64,000 bases of DNA, taken from Bugula neritina (Eukaryota; Animalia; Bryozoa). Made by a program: the position numbers and the translations under genes. The notes under the pieces are model-generated. The model made no database searches and had not been told where the DNA came from. It saw only the letters and a program-made list of their open reading frames with translations. This document shows, one piece after another, positions 23,559 through 37,195 of the stretch. Every line of letters starts with the position of its first letter. The first letter of the stretch is position 1. The stretch is taken from positions 1,765,751 to 1,829,750 of the forward strand of contig OZ037773.1 in NCBI GenBank assembly GCA_964035545.1, read 5' to 3'.

Positions 23559-26500
23559 ATGGATAGGATTCGCGGTAAAAGAATGCCAATGCTGAGCATA
23601 AAGTGAGAGCATTATATCTCAGTCTGTGTACAGCAGTTGTTTCAGGGGTTGTCTACTCATTAGAACGAAACATTCAAATATTCATGGCCGCATGTGGGAT
23701 AAAAATATCACCATGTAAAAATATATAAATTTGTTCAACAATATATTATTTAACTGGGCATCACAGCTGAAAAATGAATTAATATATTAGTTTTATGCTA
23801 TCAAATATTTCTATAATATTTCTAACATATGAATATAATATGATTGTTGAAGATTAACGTAAATAACTTAAACTCAATGTTGATTCTAAAAACCATTGTT
23901 GCCCACTTCACTTGCAGCAATTTTGTGTACACAGCTAGAAGACTTTATCTTAACTTCTACTGTATTGCTATGATTATATTGATGTAAATGTAATATTAAT
24001 ATGGATTTCTCTGTATTATTAACTCACCTGTTCTGTATTTTGAACAGCATACTAAACCTTGAGGAACTGAGTAAGCTATATTTTCATTATACTACAACAT
24101 TAAACAACTACAACATATGCTATTGCTATGCAAAGTAGATCTTTCATAGTCATCATATTATTATGGCAACTTATATTTACTAATGTGTGGGACATATGCA
24201 CTTACTTATCTCTGCAAGCAGATATTTCTAGTCTAGTTCTCATTATAAAAACTGTATAGTATAAATTTACTCTGTTTGTTATTATACTTGCCATAGTTTA
24301 TAACTGTTACTGTAACAAAGTATGATTCTACAGGCTTGTGGTAAAGACTTGCTGGGTGCAGCATGCTAATATAGTACTAATTTCAGTAGCAATGGCCAAT
24401 GAGTGTATCTGCAGAATTTTTAAATATTTATGCTAGTACTAATCTATAGCATAGCTAAGAGCTATTGAGTGACAACTATATCATGTAAAGTATATAATAT
24501 ATTTTCTATGATTAAAAACTGAACCAATATGAGAACTCAACATTTCGAAAAACAGAGTATTTATATTTAGTATTGATACTGTATTGAATACAGTAAACTT
24601 ATTTACTCATTTAACTGACCACGAATCTGTTTCGTGTAGTATAAACTACTATCCGCAGGTCGTTATGGTCGGGCGATTTTGTTTGGGAATTTACTTTGTT
24701 TGTGTATTGCTACGCGAGATTCTTAACTGGCGTCTCGTAAATGCGCAATCAAAATGTCCCGCATATTGGGGAGGATAACTCCAACTATGCGAAGCACTTT
24801 CTAGCGCGCACAAAGGAAATATTTTTGCTTGCGCATTTAGGGGACGCCCATTACGGAGGAACTCGCGTAGCAATACACAAACAATTATAAATTCCAAAAC
24901 AAAATCAACCGACCATAACGACCTGATGGGCAAAGTGCATACTACGCAAAGCAAATTTGCAGTCATTTAAATGAGTAAATAGGTTTATTATATCCAATAT
25001 AGTATGAAGCAGCAATACTACATATATAATATATATACTATTTATGCATGAATTGAGAGAGTGTAGCATGCAGTCTGACCATTTCTAGAATTCTATTTAT
25101 AGCACATGCTATGCATATGAGAAACTGAAAGCTTTTACCATAACTTAAACCATTAAATACCTTTCTGTTATAATTACAGATAAATGTTTTCGTGTTGAGA
25201 AACCCAAGTCAGTTCTGCAAAGGTTTATAGGATATTTGTAAGTAAAATTAACTATTTAAGCTATAATTTTTTACGTCTTTTTAACAAAAGCAGATACTAT
25301 TCTGATGCAATATTGTAGGACTCAATTATTTCACAGGTTGCATGGTTTTATACATTAAATAGGTGTAAAATAGGATTCTCCAAAATTATGATATAAATTG
25401 GTTACAAAAACAACTCAGTCTTTTTTAATTAAAATATATTTATGAAAGCATATTTCTAAAAACTGTAGACTGTTAAAATTTTTCCAATTAGGAATTGTCT
25501 AAATTTTTTATTTGTTAATCTTTTAGTTATGATGTTGACCCTCCACATATTCCAAATACATTGGAAGGTAAATTTTCTAGTTTCTGTTTTGTTTTTACAA
25601 ACTTTGTCTAAACCTACATGCGTTATGACACTGTCTGCCAATGTTTATTTGAATTATCCTGTTTTAGTTTTATGAATGTTTTCACTGATGTTGCTAGTAA
25701 TACCTATACATTATTGAATGATATTAGTTAGAGTTGAATGAAGGGTTATGAGTTTGTGATAGATTATTGTGATATTTGCTTGCAGTCATGAGTTTCTATA
25801 CTGATGCGTGTCTAATATAGTCAGCTAACATGTATATGTTAAGAAGCAGGTTGTAATATATAATCTAATGTGTAACCTTACAGTATGTTGGAGTTATTGT
25901 CTCAGGCTAATCCTAAAGACGGGCTCACAGGCTAATACTATAATAGATTATCTCCAGTTAGATGGGTGAGTGGAGAATAAATTCCTACTGAACCATGTCT
26001 GGTTATGCTCTATACAATTACCTCCATTTAAAGAAAATAAAGTTGCCAAGAAGGTGCTAAATTATTTATCTTATAGCTTGGAATATTTTTGTTATTATAG
26101 ACGCGGATGTCACTTGCAAAAGTTGGAATAATTATTTTAGCAAGCTTTATAGAAAAGTGCTTTTTCCAGAAGCAAAGTTTGACCCAACAAAAACACTCCC
26201 CTTTTCGTCACACAAATAGAAATCCTCAGTTTTTATATTTCAGAATGGCTTATATCAGAGAGATCCTGTTTCTTACCATTGTGACTCTAATAATGGTGAC
26301 TGTCAAAAGACGTAAACAGAAAGTGTCAGACGACTCCAATCCAAAAGTGTCTGGGATGTTATCTCGTAGCACCGAGACTTCCTGTCCACTAAGAATTCAT
26401 ACTGGGTGTCAGAGTGAGTTATTATGCGTGTTGTAAATTAGTATAACATAACGTGATATAATATAGTCTATTTAAATGTAAGATAATACATAAGATATAA

Positions 26501-29500
26501 TATAGTGTAATGCACTACCATAAAATATAATATAAAATAATTTGATGCAATATTCTATGTCACATGTAGTACTTATGTGTTGTAGTAATAAGATGATATT
26601 ATATTATACTATAATAATGATATAATGTGTTATAAAATTAGTTTGCATATATCATATTCTGACATTATTAGTTGCATAGTGTAGCAAAACATGACATGAT
26701 AATTGCATGTAACTGTAAAAAAAATGGGTGTAGCAGGCCTTTGGATTTAACCTTCTCATGCATCAATAAAGTCGATTATTGTTGAAAATGTATAAATTAT
26801 AAAGGAAAAACATTTGGAAAAGTGATAATCAGAAATGTGACTAAGCCTAGGGCCACACGGTGCGTATTTTCGCATGCGAAAATTGAAATCACAAGTAGCA
26901 AAGGTGTCCACTGTGCGCGTTGAGAAAACCGTCGCACTTGTCGCTCTGCATTTTCAACGCAAGTGCGAATCGTCTCTGTCGTCGTCATCTAATTGGCTGG
27001 TAGCTATTCAGCGAGCTTAATTTCTTTGTTTAGTGCTATATTCTAGTAAATTGCGTTTTATTGAAAGCGAGTGCGATTTAAAAATGAAATCTTTATTTAT
27101 CACGCATCAATGACGCTACAGTGGACACCTTTGCTACTTGTGATTTTAATTTTCGCATGCGAAAATATGCACAGTGTGGCCCTAGGCTTAGCAAAAGGTC
27201 TATGCCAAGATGTACTTCATTTCTTTTCCTTTGTAGAGCCTGTTCATGCATGTAGATGGTTTTTTTACTCATTAAAAACTTTTCTATTTTTAGCTGATGT
27301 CAATCTCACAAAAGAAAAGCCATCCATAAAGACTACCACAGCTTTCACACAAACAGTGGTGAAGGAAACTTGTGAAATGGCCATTCAAACAAACAGCAAA
27401 GTGGTTTGTGATGCTTCAAGTCAAAGAAGTAGAAATGAGACCCGTGAAGTTGGCAGTCAAGGAGTTGCCATATCTACTGCGAATGAATACACAGAAACCA
27501 GTGTGCAATATACTCAGGATGGGAAAACTCAAACCAGTGTCTCTTCTACTCAAGACGGAAACACCCAGACAAATGTTGTTTTAGATTTTCAAACCACTGG
27601 CACTCAAAGTAAGCATTTCTATTAAACAATTGTAAAGAAAGATGCCTTTTAAGATTCAAATCAAAAATGTTTATGATAGTTGTTTTGCTGTAAATAAAAC
27701 AAACTAAATAAAACTTTTGAGAATAAAAGTAATATATGTTTAACTTTAGCCACTAACCCTGTCAACTCAAATGACGGAGGCCAGCAGAATCTGAAAATCT
27801 CAGATGAAGTCCATTTTCAGAGTGACAAGTGTCAATTAAAAGCCGCTGGTAACTCAACATCTCAAAGGCAACCAATTCCAGCGTCAACAACCAGCAGCAA
27901 GAAAGCTAGAAGCAAACGAAGAGACCGAAATATGACAACGCTTTCCTGTCTCGACCAGTTTTTTAAGCAGAGAGCCTTCAAGGATGAAAATTCTCGTACA
28001 TATTCGAGTAACACGAGTGTGTCAGTCACAGGAACTAAGTCAGGAGACAGCGACGACGACTCCGTGAACTCTAGTGTCTCCTTAGCCACAAATACTACAC
28101 CAGTAGACAAGGAAGTAGAAGTTGAAGACTCTCAAGTTCCTTTTGTGGCTCACAACAATCAACCCATGACGAACAAACAAGCAAAGGTTTCTGATAATGT
28201 TGAGAACAACAACTCGAAGTCAACAACCGCAATCCCTGAGATGAAGGCAGCACCAGCTAATGATGAGATTGAGCTGAAAGTCACTAAGAGTGCAGAGAAA
28301 CTTTTTCAAGCTCAAACCAATGTCCAGGAATTAAAGAAAAGAGCGTTTTTCCATGAAATAATCAACAATATTGTAACAGATGCAACAAAAAAATTGTTTA
28401 AACGTAATTTGAGCTCCGTCATTAAAGACAGCCAGCCAGCACCTAACCCAGTCAACTCAAATGACCAAAGCCAGAAGGATCTAACAACCCCAGAGAATAT
28501 TTATATTCAGAGTGACAAGTGTCTATTAAAAGCAATCTGCTACCCAACATCTCAAGGGCCACCAATTCCAGCGTCAACAACCAGCAGCACAAAGGCGAAA
28601 AACAAGCGAAGAAACCGAAATATGACAGCACTTTCCTGTCTCGACCAGTTTTTTAAGCAAAGAACACCCCAGAATAAAAATGCTCTTACAGATTCAAGCT
28701 ACACGAGTGCGTCAGTCACAGGAACTAAGTCAGGAGACAGCCATGACGACTCCATAAACCCTAGTGTCTCCTTAACCACAATTACTACATCACTAGACAA
28801 AGAGGTGGAAGTTAAAAACTCTCAAGTTTCTTCTATGGCCGGAAAAGAGACACCCGTGATGAAAAAAGAAGCTAAGGCTTCTGATAATGCTGAGAACAAC
28901 AACTCAAAGTCAACAACAGCAATCCCTGAGATGAAGGCAGCACCAGCTAATGATGAGATTGATCTAAAAATCCTTATGAGTGCACAGAAACTTTCTCAAG
29001 CTAGAGCCAATCTTGAGGAATTGAAGACAAGAACTTTTATCAATGAAATAATTAATGATATTGTTACAAATGCAACAAAAACGTTGTTTAAACCTAATCA
29101 GGGTTCAGAAAATGAAGACATCAGAGCTACTGAAGAAGATGAACAAGATTCAGTAGAATATGACAGATTCTACATCCATACATTGCCAACGATAGAGGAA
29201 GAACAATGGGAAGTTGATATACCAGCAACTTATGCGAGTGTTTCCAAAAACGATGTATTGGATGAAGCAATAAAGTCTATGGCTGAACTTGCCTCCATGA
29301 CAGATTCATTTTTGAATGACATTTCAGAAAGAAGTAGTTCAGCTGATGTGATTGACTCAGGAGTACCAAGACGTACTGACAATGATCTACAATTAGTTGA
29401 CCTAGATACTCAAGATGACAGATGGGAAACATCTTCTGTAGATTCTTTTGAGGTAAGTTGATATAATCGACATAAAACTATTTTTATATTTTGAGGAAAC

Positions 29501-30301
29501 GGATAGTATGTTTTAAATTTTGGCAAATCTGAGTGATTTAGCTTAATTATACAATGTTTTGTGAATATTGTTGCTCAAAATTTGGCTAATACTGTCATAC
29601 AAACATTAAGAGTTCTGGTCTTCAAGGTTCAACTACAAAATATAAAAAATTTGTGGTAAAAATTTACTTATACTCAAAAATAGTATAACTCTCAATTTTT
29701 AAAGGATAATGAAAGAAAAATAAGAACTGATTATCAAATCAGAAGACAACTCCAGCTTAGCCTGTGTTCTAGTGAAACTGATGTATCTTGCTCCTGTATG
29801 AGAAGAGTTGGTGAGTAGATAGGACTATTATACAGCTAAATATTAGCATCACTTGATTGTGAGCTGAATACATCCGATAATTAATTGGAGTTTACTGATA
29901 ATACCTGCTGTACATGTTCTGTTACTTAGTAGTTCATGAGATTGAGTTGCAATATTCTTGCTCATGATCATGTATAGAATGAAATAATATAGAAATATCA
30001 TCCCTGTGATTTTTGATCGCAATTTAACCGAAAACTTTATTCATACCACTTCATATCTTGAAATCTATTATAATTGTATTTTACACTACGTTCATAGAAG
30101 TTCAATGATCTGCTAAGATATAATATATAATCTAATAACTTTACTTATTTCTATGCTGCTGTAGGTGGTGCTCACTCATTGAAGAAATCTAAAATACCAA
30201 GACCAGTGACATCAGCTGGTTCTCTCGCACCTTTAAAGAAGAAAATCTATTCGCAAAAGCAAAGATCGCTTATCCCTGTTCGCAGCTCTGTCTCTAAATA
30301 G
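23559..30301 (+). CDS. Orphan membrane-anchored scaffold gene, copy 3 (892 aa). Exons 23559-23602, 24048-24070, 25180-25237, 25527-25567, 25884-25965, 26244-26413, 27294-27608, 27750-29452, 29705-29810, 30165-30301
   Basis: Same exon structure and phases as copy 2, start MDRIRGKRMPMLSI, stop TAG; open throughout. Confidence 0.82.
24577..25004. mobile_element. Same fold-back MITE, copy in unit 3
   Basis: Homologous to 1878-2311 at the same intronic position. Confidence 0.8.
26845..27187. mobile_element. 343-bp MITE, probably PIF/Harbinger-type, present only in unit 3
   Basis: ~70-bp TIRs gcctagggccacac...ggtgtccactgt / acagtggacacc...gtgtggccctaggc; flanks TAA (26842-26844) and TTA (27188-27190); empty site atgtgac-tta-gcaaaagg at 4151-4168 in unit 1. 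Confidence 0.9.
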
Positions 30302-31634
30302 CTCGGCATATAATGACACAGCAGCAAGGCATTGTTCTTTACATAGAAATAGTTTACCAATGTCAAGTATAGAAACCATTACCCATGTGAAAACTGTCAA
30401 TTAACTCTTAAAATTTCAAACTATCAATTTTTTCACATATAGGCAGTTTCTATTCTCAGTGTTAGATTGAGATCAACATTGGAAATATTGCTAAATTTGA
30501 AAACTGACAATAGTAACTTTGTAGGGGTGATGTTCTCAGTATAAAAAATCTGAAAATCTTGAAAAAAATTAACTTTCATTTATTCAATTATATTTTTTAA
30601 ACACTAAATGACAAAATTTTAGCTTTATTCTTTTTAGCAAGATCTCTAGATGCCCAGAATTGAAATATAAAAAAAATATATTTTAAATTATTAACATTTT
30701 TAAACAGTGTGGGTCTTTCATGAGTAAGCTGCATTCACCTTGTTTATGATAAAAAATATTTTTTGCTCCATGTAATAAATGACTAAATATTCAATTTACA
30801 ACTGTTTGATAGAAAAAAATCAAATCTCAAAAAAAATTAATTTAAATGTAGCATTACTAAGTATTTTTTGTTGAAACTATACTATAAGTTATGATATTGT
30901 GATATTGTAGTAATAATGTTATTTTATTAGTATTTACCGAAATTCAAAAAAATCTGAAAAAAATAATATTTTACTTATTCATTTGTGCTTTTTAAACAGT
31001 AAATGACAACCTTTTAAAATTTCCGTCCTAAGAAAAATCTCTATAGATCTGCCTAATGTAGGCTAAAAAAGAAGAGTATTGATCGTAGACCAATGCTATA
31101 TAACTCTCTGAATCCTCTATCTTCTTTTGTTATTATATTTCTCTTGCTCATGAAATACGTGTTACATCTATTTGTTCTACCTGAGGATTGATTAAATAAC
31201 TATTTTGGAATATTTTTTTGTTTATTAGATTATCAGATTCTTTTAAAACCAGTTGAAAATCTGTAATTTTTTTTGCTTCTCATAGTTTCACCAATAAATG
31301 ACTGTATATCAGTTTGAAAGCTGTAATATGACACTTATTATTTGAAACTAATAAATTATTCGTTAGAAACAAAAACCTATTACAGTTTTTAAAGTTACCG
31401 ATCCCAGTTTTGCAACTGATTTCCTCATATAATTCAAACAAAATACTGTAGCTTTTGCACTTTATAATGGTTCCTGATCACTTGAAAGTTTTACTCTGAT
31501 TCTCAAAACACATATACATGTTTGTAACCAATGCTACGCTATATATGCATTTACACTATAAAGACTCGCTTCTGACAGTCATATAATATTATACGAGTAT
31601 TTATAGCCAAAGATCATGTTGAAAACGCACAGCA

Positions 31635-34443
31635 CTAACAATATTACTAATTGTTAATGCAATCCCTGTGAGCTGCTGTTGTTTTTGTTGTGACTGCCAG
31701 TATGCTTAGGTTTGAGGATGGCAACAGTGCCGTCACTGATGTTGAGTCTGGTTGGTATGAACTTAGTCTAAAATTTAAAATTAGACATTTTGATTTTTGG
31801 CTATAATTACAACATATTCATGTATACATAAAGTTTGAACAAAGCTTCTAAGCATCATATAAACACACTGCATGTAGTAAAACATCTGTCAATATACAGT
31901 AGTTACTCCCTCCTGTATTAGCACGTTTTCGCTGGCTTGTGTTCATATTTGAGTGTTTCGCTAAATTTATTTTTTCAAATTTTGCTTATTGGTTTTTTCT
32001 CCAAGATCTATGAGTTGAACAACATTTTATAACATAAACTTAATACTACATAGCAGTATTGATAAAAAGAATCACTTACATATGGAAATTTTGGTTGGTC
32101 ATGAATATTGACATACTTCTGCTTTTCTCCTACTTTGTGTAGCGGTAATAAAAAGTTGAAATGATGGAAATAACTATCAGATAAATATGAGTCAAATAAG
32201 CTCTTTTGTTCATGACTTGAGGAGTTGTCACACCTGCTGCTAGTATTTTATGTTATTTTTGGCAGCATATCAAAAATGTGGATCAATAGATTTTCATTAA
32301 AATATTTTTTAGTTCAAAATGCAAAATACAAGCATCAATTTAAAATTTCTTCATTTTCTAAAATTTTAAATTGTGGCACTTCACTATAAAAGAAAGACAA
32401 TAATGGGTTTATTCTAATGTCATAACTATTCCCTTTCAAATAGTCTAATAATAATTTCATTGGCTGAGAGCCACTCTAACCACGCCTACCATAGTATTCC
32501 AGAGAGCTATACGTATCACATTGTGACCTTTACTACTTCAGTTTACACAGTCTGGTGCAAAATATGTTGCATCAGGGGTGTTATTCTAAAACATTTTGCA
32601 TATATAACTTATATTAGTTTGTAGTGCATGAAAAATTACACCACCACATATAGTAAAAAGTTTCAAAAAATCATTCAATCTGATTCTATTTATATTTGTA
32701 ATGCAATTCTATTAATAAAAATTAGGCAATAATTTTTGTTAACTTGCACAGGATAAATTTTAAAATAAACAAATGTTTTTTATTTATAAAAAACAGCTAA
32801 CTGCACTACTGCACTAATCTAACTGTAAAACACAATGCAATTGCAGCTAACACAAGATTTGCTGATAATAAAACACTACACAGTCATATAGCCAAGTGGT
32901 GATTGTGAAACTCACTCTAAACTTTGGGGCAGTCATATCCCTGAGGAAGGGCTGAATAACAACTGTGAAGACCTTCTTAGTATCATATCTGTCGTTACTA
33001 ACCAGTCTCTGGACAGCATCTGCATAACTCTTAGTCAGAGTATCTAACTCTCTTACATCTGATTTAGTCACACAGAGACAGTAGTGCAGTCTAGAGAGAG
33101 AAGAGGTAATAAAACTGTATTACATAAGAGCTCAGATGGAATATGCCAACATATTATGTGTTATTATATGGCTACCACTTATACAACCAGGTGAATTTTG
33201 AATCAGCTTAATATTGACCAATTTCCATATGCATAATATTTTAATTTTCAAATGTGAGAAAACATGAATTTGTGTATTTATTGTGACTCAATAAGATTGC
33301 ATGGCTAGTCATCATCAAAATCTGTGATCTGCTAAATATACCACATGAAGAAATGTTATGCAATTTTATGCTATTTTATGCAATATCTTCTAAGGTGCTT
33401 GTCTGATAAACATTGTATATAGTGTGAAACGCATGCTTATATATAAATTAGACATTAACACGACTGCAATAACCTAAAGTTTTAGCTATATAAGTAAATA
33501 TATATATGCATATTTATTTTGAAAAGAGAACAGTTTTTAAGTTTTTTTTTTTCTTGAAATCTCTATATAGCATCAGTTATTTATATGGGATACGGGAGAA
33601 ATTATGACTTGATGCTAGTCCTAACATCACCAATGGCATTTACCAGAATTCTTACTTATGACATTGATCGAGTTACTAAACCAAACACCCCTAGACCTGC
33701 TCTCTGCATTGTAAACCTATTACTTGATGATATGAGTCATCAATAAATTTGATGAATATATTGGAAAATTAGTTGGGGGGGGGGGAAATTTTGCAAAATA
33801 TTTAATCATGACATGCGTTTTATTATTTATCCAACAGCTTGAAAGCTTGATAAAATATTCTTACATATTATTAAGCAGTTGCTGGTTATTAAACTAATAC
33901 ATATCTTAAAAAGTAAATGTGAATTACACTATGAATATAATGTTCTTATGTTGTTATAATATATTTGCTAAAGTCTATATGATTATAGAACAGGACATAT
34001 CTATTCACCTTAATTCATGATCTTCATTCGACTCCGCCTTTTTACTTGCAGCCAGTAAAATCTAAATACCAAATAACAAACTCCAACAAAGATGTATTAG
34101 ACAAAGTTGATAACATTTAATAATTTCACAATATACAAAGAAGTTTTAGTAAAGTTTTAAGTAGGTGTTGTATATTAGAAAACCCAACATAGAATCTTAT
34201 AAAACTGCAGATCTCAAATATAAGAAAAATACAAGCAAGTATTACATTTTATACACTTCTTAGGCTTCATTTGTGCTTAAAATGTCTACGTAAGTTCCTC
34301 AGCTTAATAAACTAAACTTTATAGTAATTATCAAAGATCTATACAAACTAATAGTAAACAACAGCAATCCTATTATTGTAACTACACAAGTTAAGTTAGT
34401 AAAATAATATATTTACAGCAAAAAACTAATTTCTCAATATCAT
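31635..34443 (-). pseudogene. PLB1-like pseudogene, copy 3; exons 34009-34061, 32916-33090, 32490-32585, 32080-32142
   Basis: YFAPDCVN*SSKGH (in-frame TGA) and acceptor of the next exon mutated CAG>CCG (32143-32145). Confidence 0.85.
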
Positions 34444-34795
34444 TTTGTACTTAAGCAACCTACTTACTACTGAAAGATTCAGAATACACAATGTTTATTA
34501 TAATGACAAATACTTTATTACCAACTCACATATCTTTTTTCCCACATTTAGTCTTATCTTTCGGGTATTTAAGATACTGCATAAAATGGTCAACTCATAA
34601 AGTAGCAGTATAACTCATTGAAACTATTATTGGATACGTTGAGGGTGAAATAAAAAAATATATATTTGTATTTGGCTATAGCTTTTGGTTAGCAAGCTGA
34701 AAAGTAAGCTATATGGTATCATAGTAATAATAGAAATACTTGAAGGATAGATTAGAGGATTAAGTTCTAAAGCTAAGCAGTTTTAATTCTTAGCC

Positions 34796-34839
34796 ATGGA
34801 TAGGAGGCTCAGCAAAAGAATGCCATTGCTGAGCATAAA
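34796..34839 (+). pseudogene. Stranded copy of exon 1 of the scaffold gene with no downstream exons in the window
   Basis: gccATG GAT AGG AGG CTC AGC AAA AGA ATG CCA TTG CTG AGC ATA AA|gtgaga (MDRRLSKRMPLLSI), homologous to 12223-12266 and 23559-23602; homology to the unit stops ~35293. Confidence 0.7.
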
Positions 34840-35337
34840 GTGAGAGCATTATATCTCAGTCTGTGTACAGCAGTTGTTTCAGGGGTTGTCTCCTCATTAG
34901 AATGAAATAGATGGTACATAAAGTTGTACAGGTAGCTTGTCAGCTAAAACACTAATTCTTACATTTACTATTTTTATTTGTTGCTTTTAATAGAACAGGC
35001 GATGGAATGAAGTTTTTTCAATAAGATATATTTATAAAATATCAAAGAAGTCTTCATACTAATTGTATTTCCTTATAATTTCTAATTATAACTTTCCTAC
35101 ATGAATAATTTTGAAACGTTCAACGAAATTTTGAAATTTCAATTTGCTATATTATATAATATTATGCTTTTCGTAAATATTTGGCAAATAATTTGGCCAG
35201 CAATCACCTAAAATTCAAATACTTATTGAAACGTGTGATAAAAAGATCACCATGGTAAAAAGATATGAAATTTTTGAACAAAATATTGTCTAATTCATTT
35301 AAAGACGCAGGCTAACTTTAATATCTTAACTAAAATT

Positions 35338-35515
35338 ATATGTATAATATCACTTCAGCATATTATATTTAAGGTATGTACATGTATATAATATCACATC
35401 AGCATAATATATTTAAGGTATGTACAAGTATAATATCACTTCAGCATATCATATTTAAAGTATATACATGTATAATATTATTTTAGTGTATATTTAAAGT
35501 ATATACATACGTATA
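35338..35515. repeat. ~40-bp degenerate minisatellite at the right edge of the array
   Basis: tgtataatatcacttcagcatattatatttaaggtatgtaca repeated ~4 times. Confidence 0.85.
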
Positions 35516-37195
35516 ATGGCAGACAAGGATTATGAAGAAATAATGTTGTGAAATATTGGGTAATAGTTACTAATTATTCACTGTAGTATTCAATAGACAG
35601 AGCATGCCACAGCTTCTGACAAATACAATATATCTACAGGCTAATCTCTTTTATTCATGGCTATTATTTGCCAATCTAAAATAGGAAATTGCTTCATACA
35701 AGTACAAAATAATTTCTGCCATTGCTTCATCTTAGCATACCAACATGCAATACAATACAGTTAATAGGCCTATTGGTTCTTAAAAGAAATTTGCTAAATG
35801 TAATAAACTGTGGCTATTGATAGTAAATCAAAGCTTCGTGTACAAGCTTTGGGACTTTACTTAATTTTCAATTTGATCAGCTAAGAATTATTGCTGAGCA
35901 AATAACGGCTTCCTTTTCAGTCACTGCTGAGTTCTATCAGTTTTCTCTCTAATTTAACTAGACAGATTCTTATACTATTTATGCATTATAAAAAATGGCT
36001 TTTTACCAAGTGAAGCATAACAAATAGTTATTGGTATTTGTATAGTGGACAGTCAGTCAACTAGAGAGATTTATAGAATTGACTGCAGCAATAATTAATC
36101 TTAATAATAAAACAGAGATAGCCAATAAATTATGCTAGTTTTGAAATTTGAATTACTAATTTTTCAAACAGATGAAGAGCAATATCTGAAATCAAATGAC
36201 AAAGGAAATTCTTGAAACAGCGACTTATTTTCACTTGGTCATCAATTAGTTCACGAGTATTTTGTGTAATAGAATTACACCTAGCAGCTCATTAAGCCAT
36301 CTTATAATACCTGTTTCTGTGTAACTCACCATTTCAACTTAGCAAGGTTGAAATGGTGAGTTAAATAGCCATAGAAGGGACTTTGTTCTCAGTGTCATAG
36401 TAGAGTACACAAAGTAGTGATCAACGCTGACATTTACACCATATTTTATAGGTTTTTTTAGTTTTTTATACGGTATGTTCGAAAGTATAGATGTTATTTT
36501 AACTGACAGTTGATCAGTCCATTGTCAGGAAGATATTATGATGAAGTAATTACCGACTGTAGTGTTTTGGAAAGGTTTCTCAAGAACTTTGATAGGCTTG
36601 ATTAATTCTAAGTTATGTTTATAATCATGAAACGTGTTAATTAATATTTCATCTAATCCTGCATCAGGTAATAAAGCAGGTAGACTTACTGTAACTGCTT
36701 ATTATCTGTAGTTTTAACTAGCATAACTCTAGGATATCTGATAAAATTCTCAGAAATCTTTGTCTCAATATTCTGGTTTGAGTGAGATTGCCAAATACAT
36801 TTTCATTATTTTTATTTTACACATAAATATACATAATATTAAAATAAATTAGTTTACATCAGTAAAACATAAAAACCATGAAAATATATAATACTGCAAA
36901 AAACAAGAATATATTTTGATATAGAGTATGGACATATTAATAGCTCAAATTCTCAGATGACCGATATTATTATTTATTCCTACTAAGCTGTTTAGTTGAG
37001 ATAATTTGGTGTACAAACAGCTAAATTTGCGCACATTAAGCGTGTTTTTTTCACAAATACCACCACCTTTTGAGTGTTAACAATGTTTTTTAATCATTTT
37101 TTTATGATACAATGAGGGTGTGTTGGGAAATGGCTAAGAATATAAAATATATAAGTATAAAATGTAAAATCATTTTCTGTGGCAAGGCAGTTGAA

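Larger units (their letters stand above)
1117..35293 (+). repeat. Tandem segmental triplication; units approx. 1117-12737, 12738-23803, 23804-35293
   Basis: Same landmarks recur in the same order, e.g. atatgaatataatatgattgttgaagattaac at ~1140/12761/23828, MAYIREILF exon at 3566/15203/26245, PLB1-like FTVVIQPF exon at 8780/21676/32916; copies differ by many substitutions and unit-specific indels. Outer edges are approximate. Confidence 0.97.

Noticed and set aside
26797-27293. ORF 26797-26988 and first half of ORF 27071-27625
   Set aside because: Read through the non-coding MITE; no transposase similarity
1117-35293. Triplication as uncollapsed-haplotype assembly artefact
   Set aside because: Three distinct versions with unit-specific large indels, a private MITE and a defined junction; more than two alleles could supply, though read support was not checked
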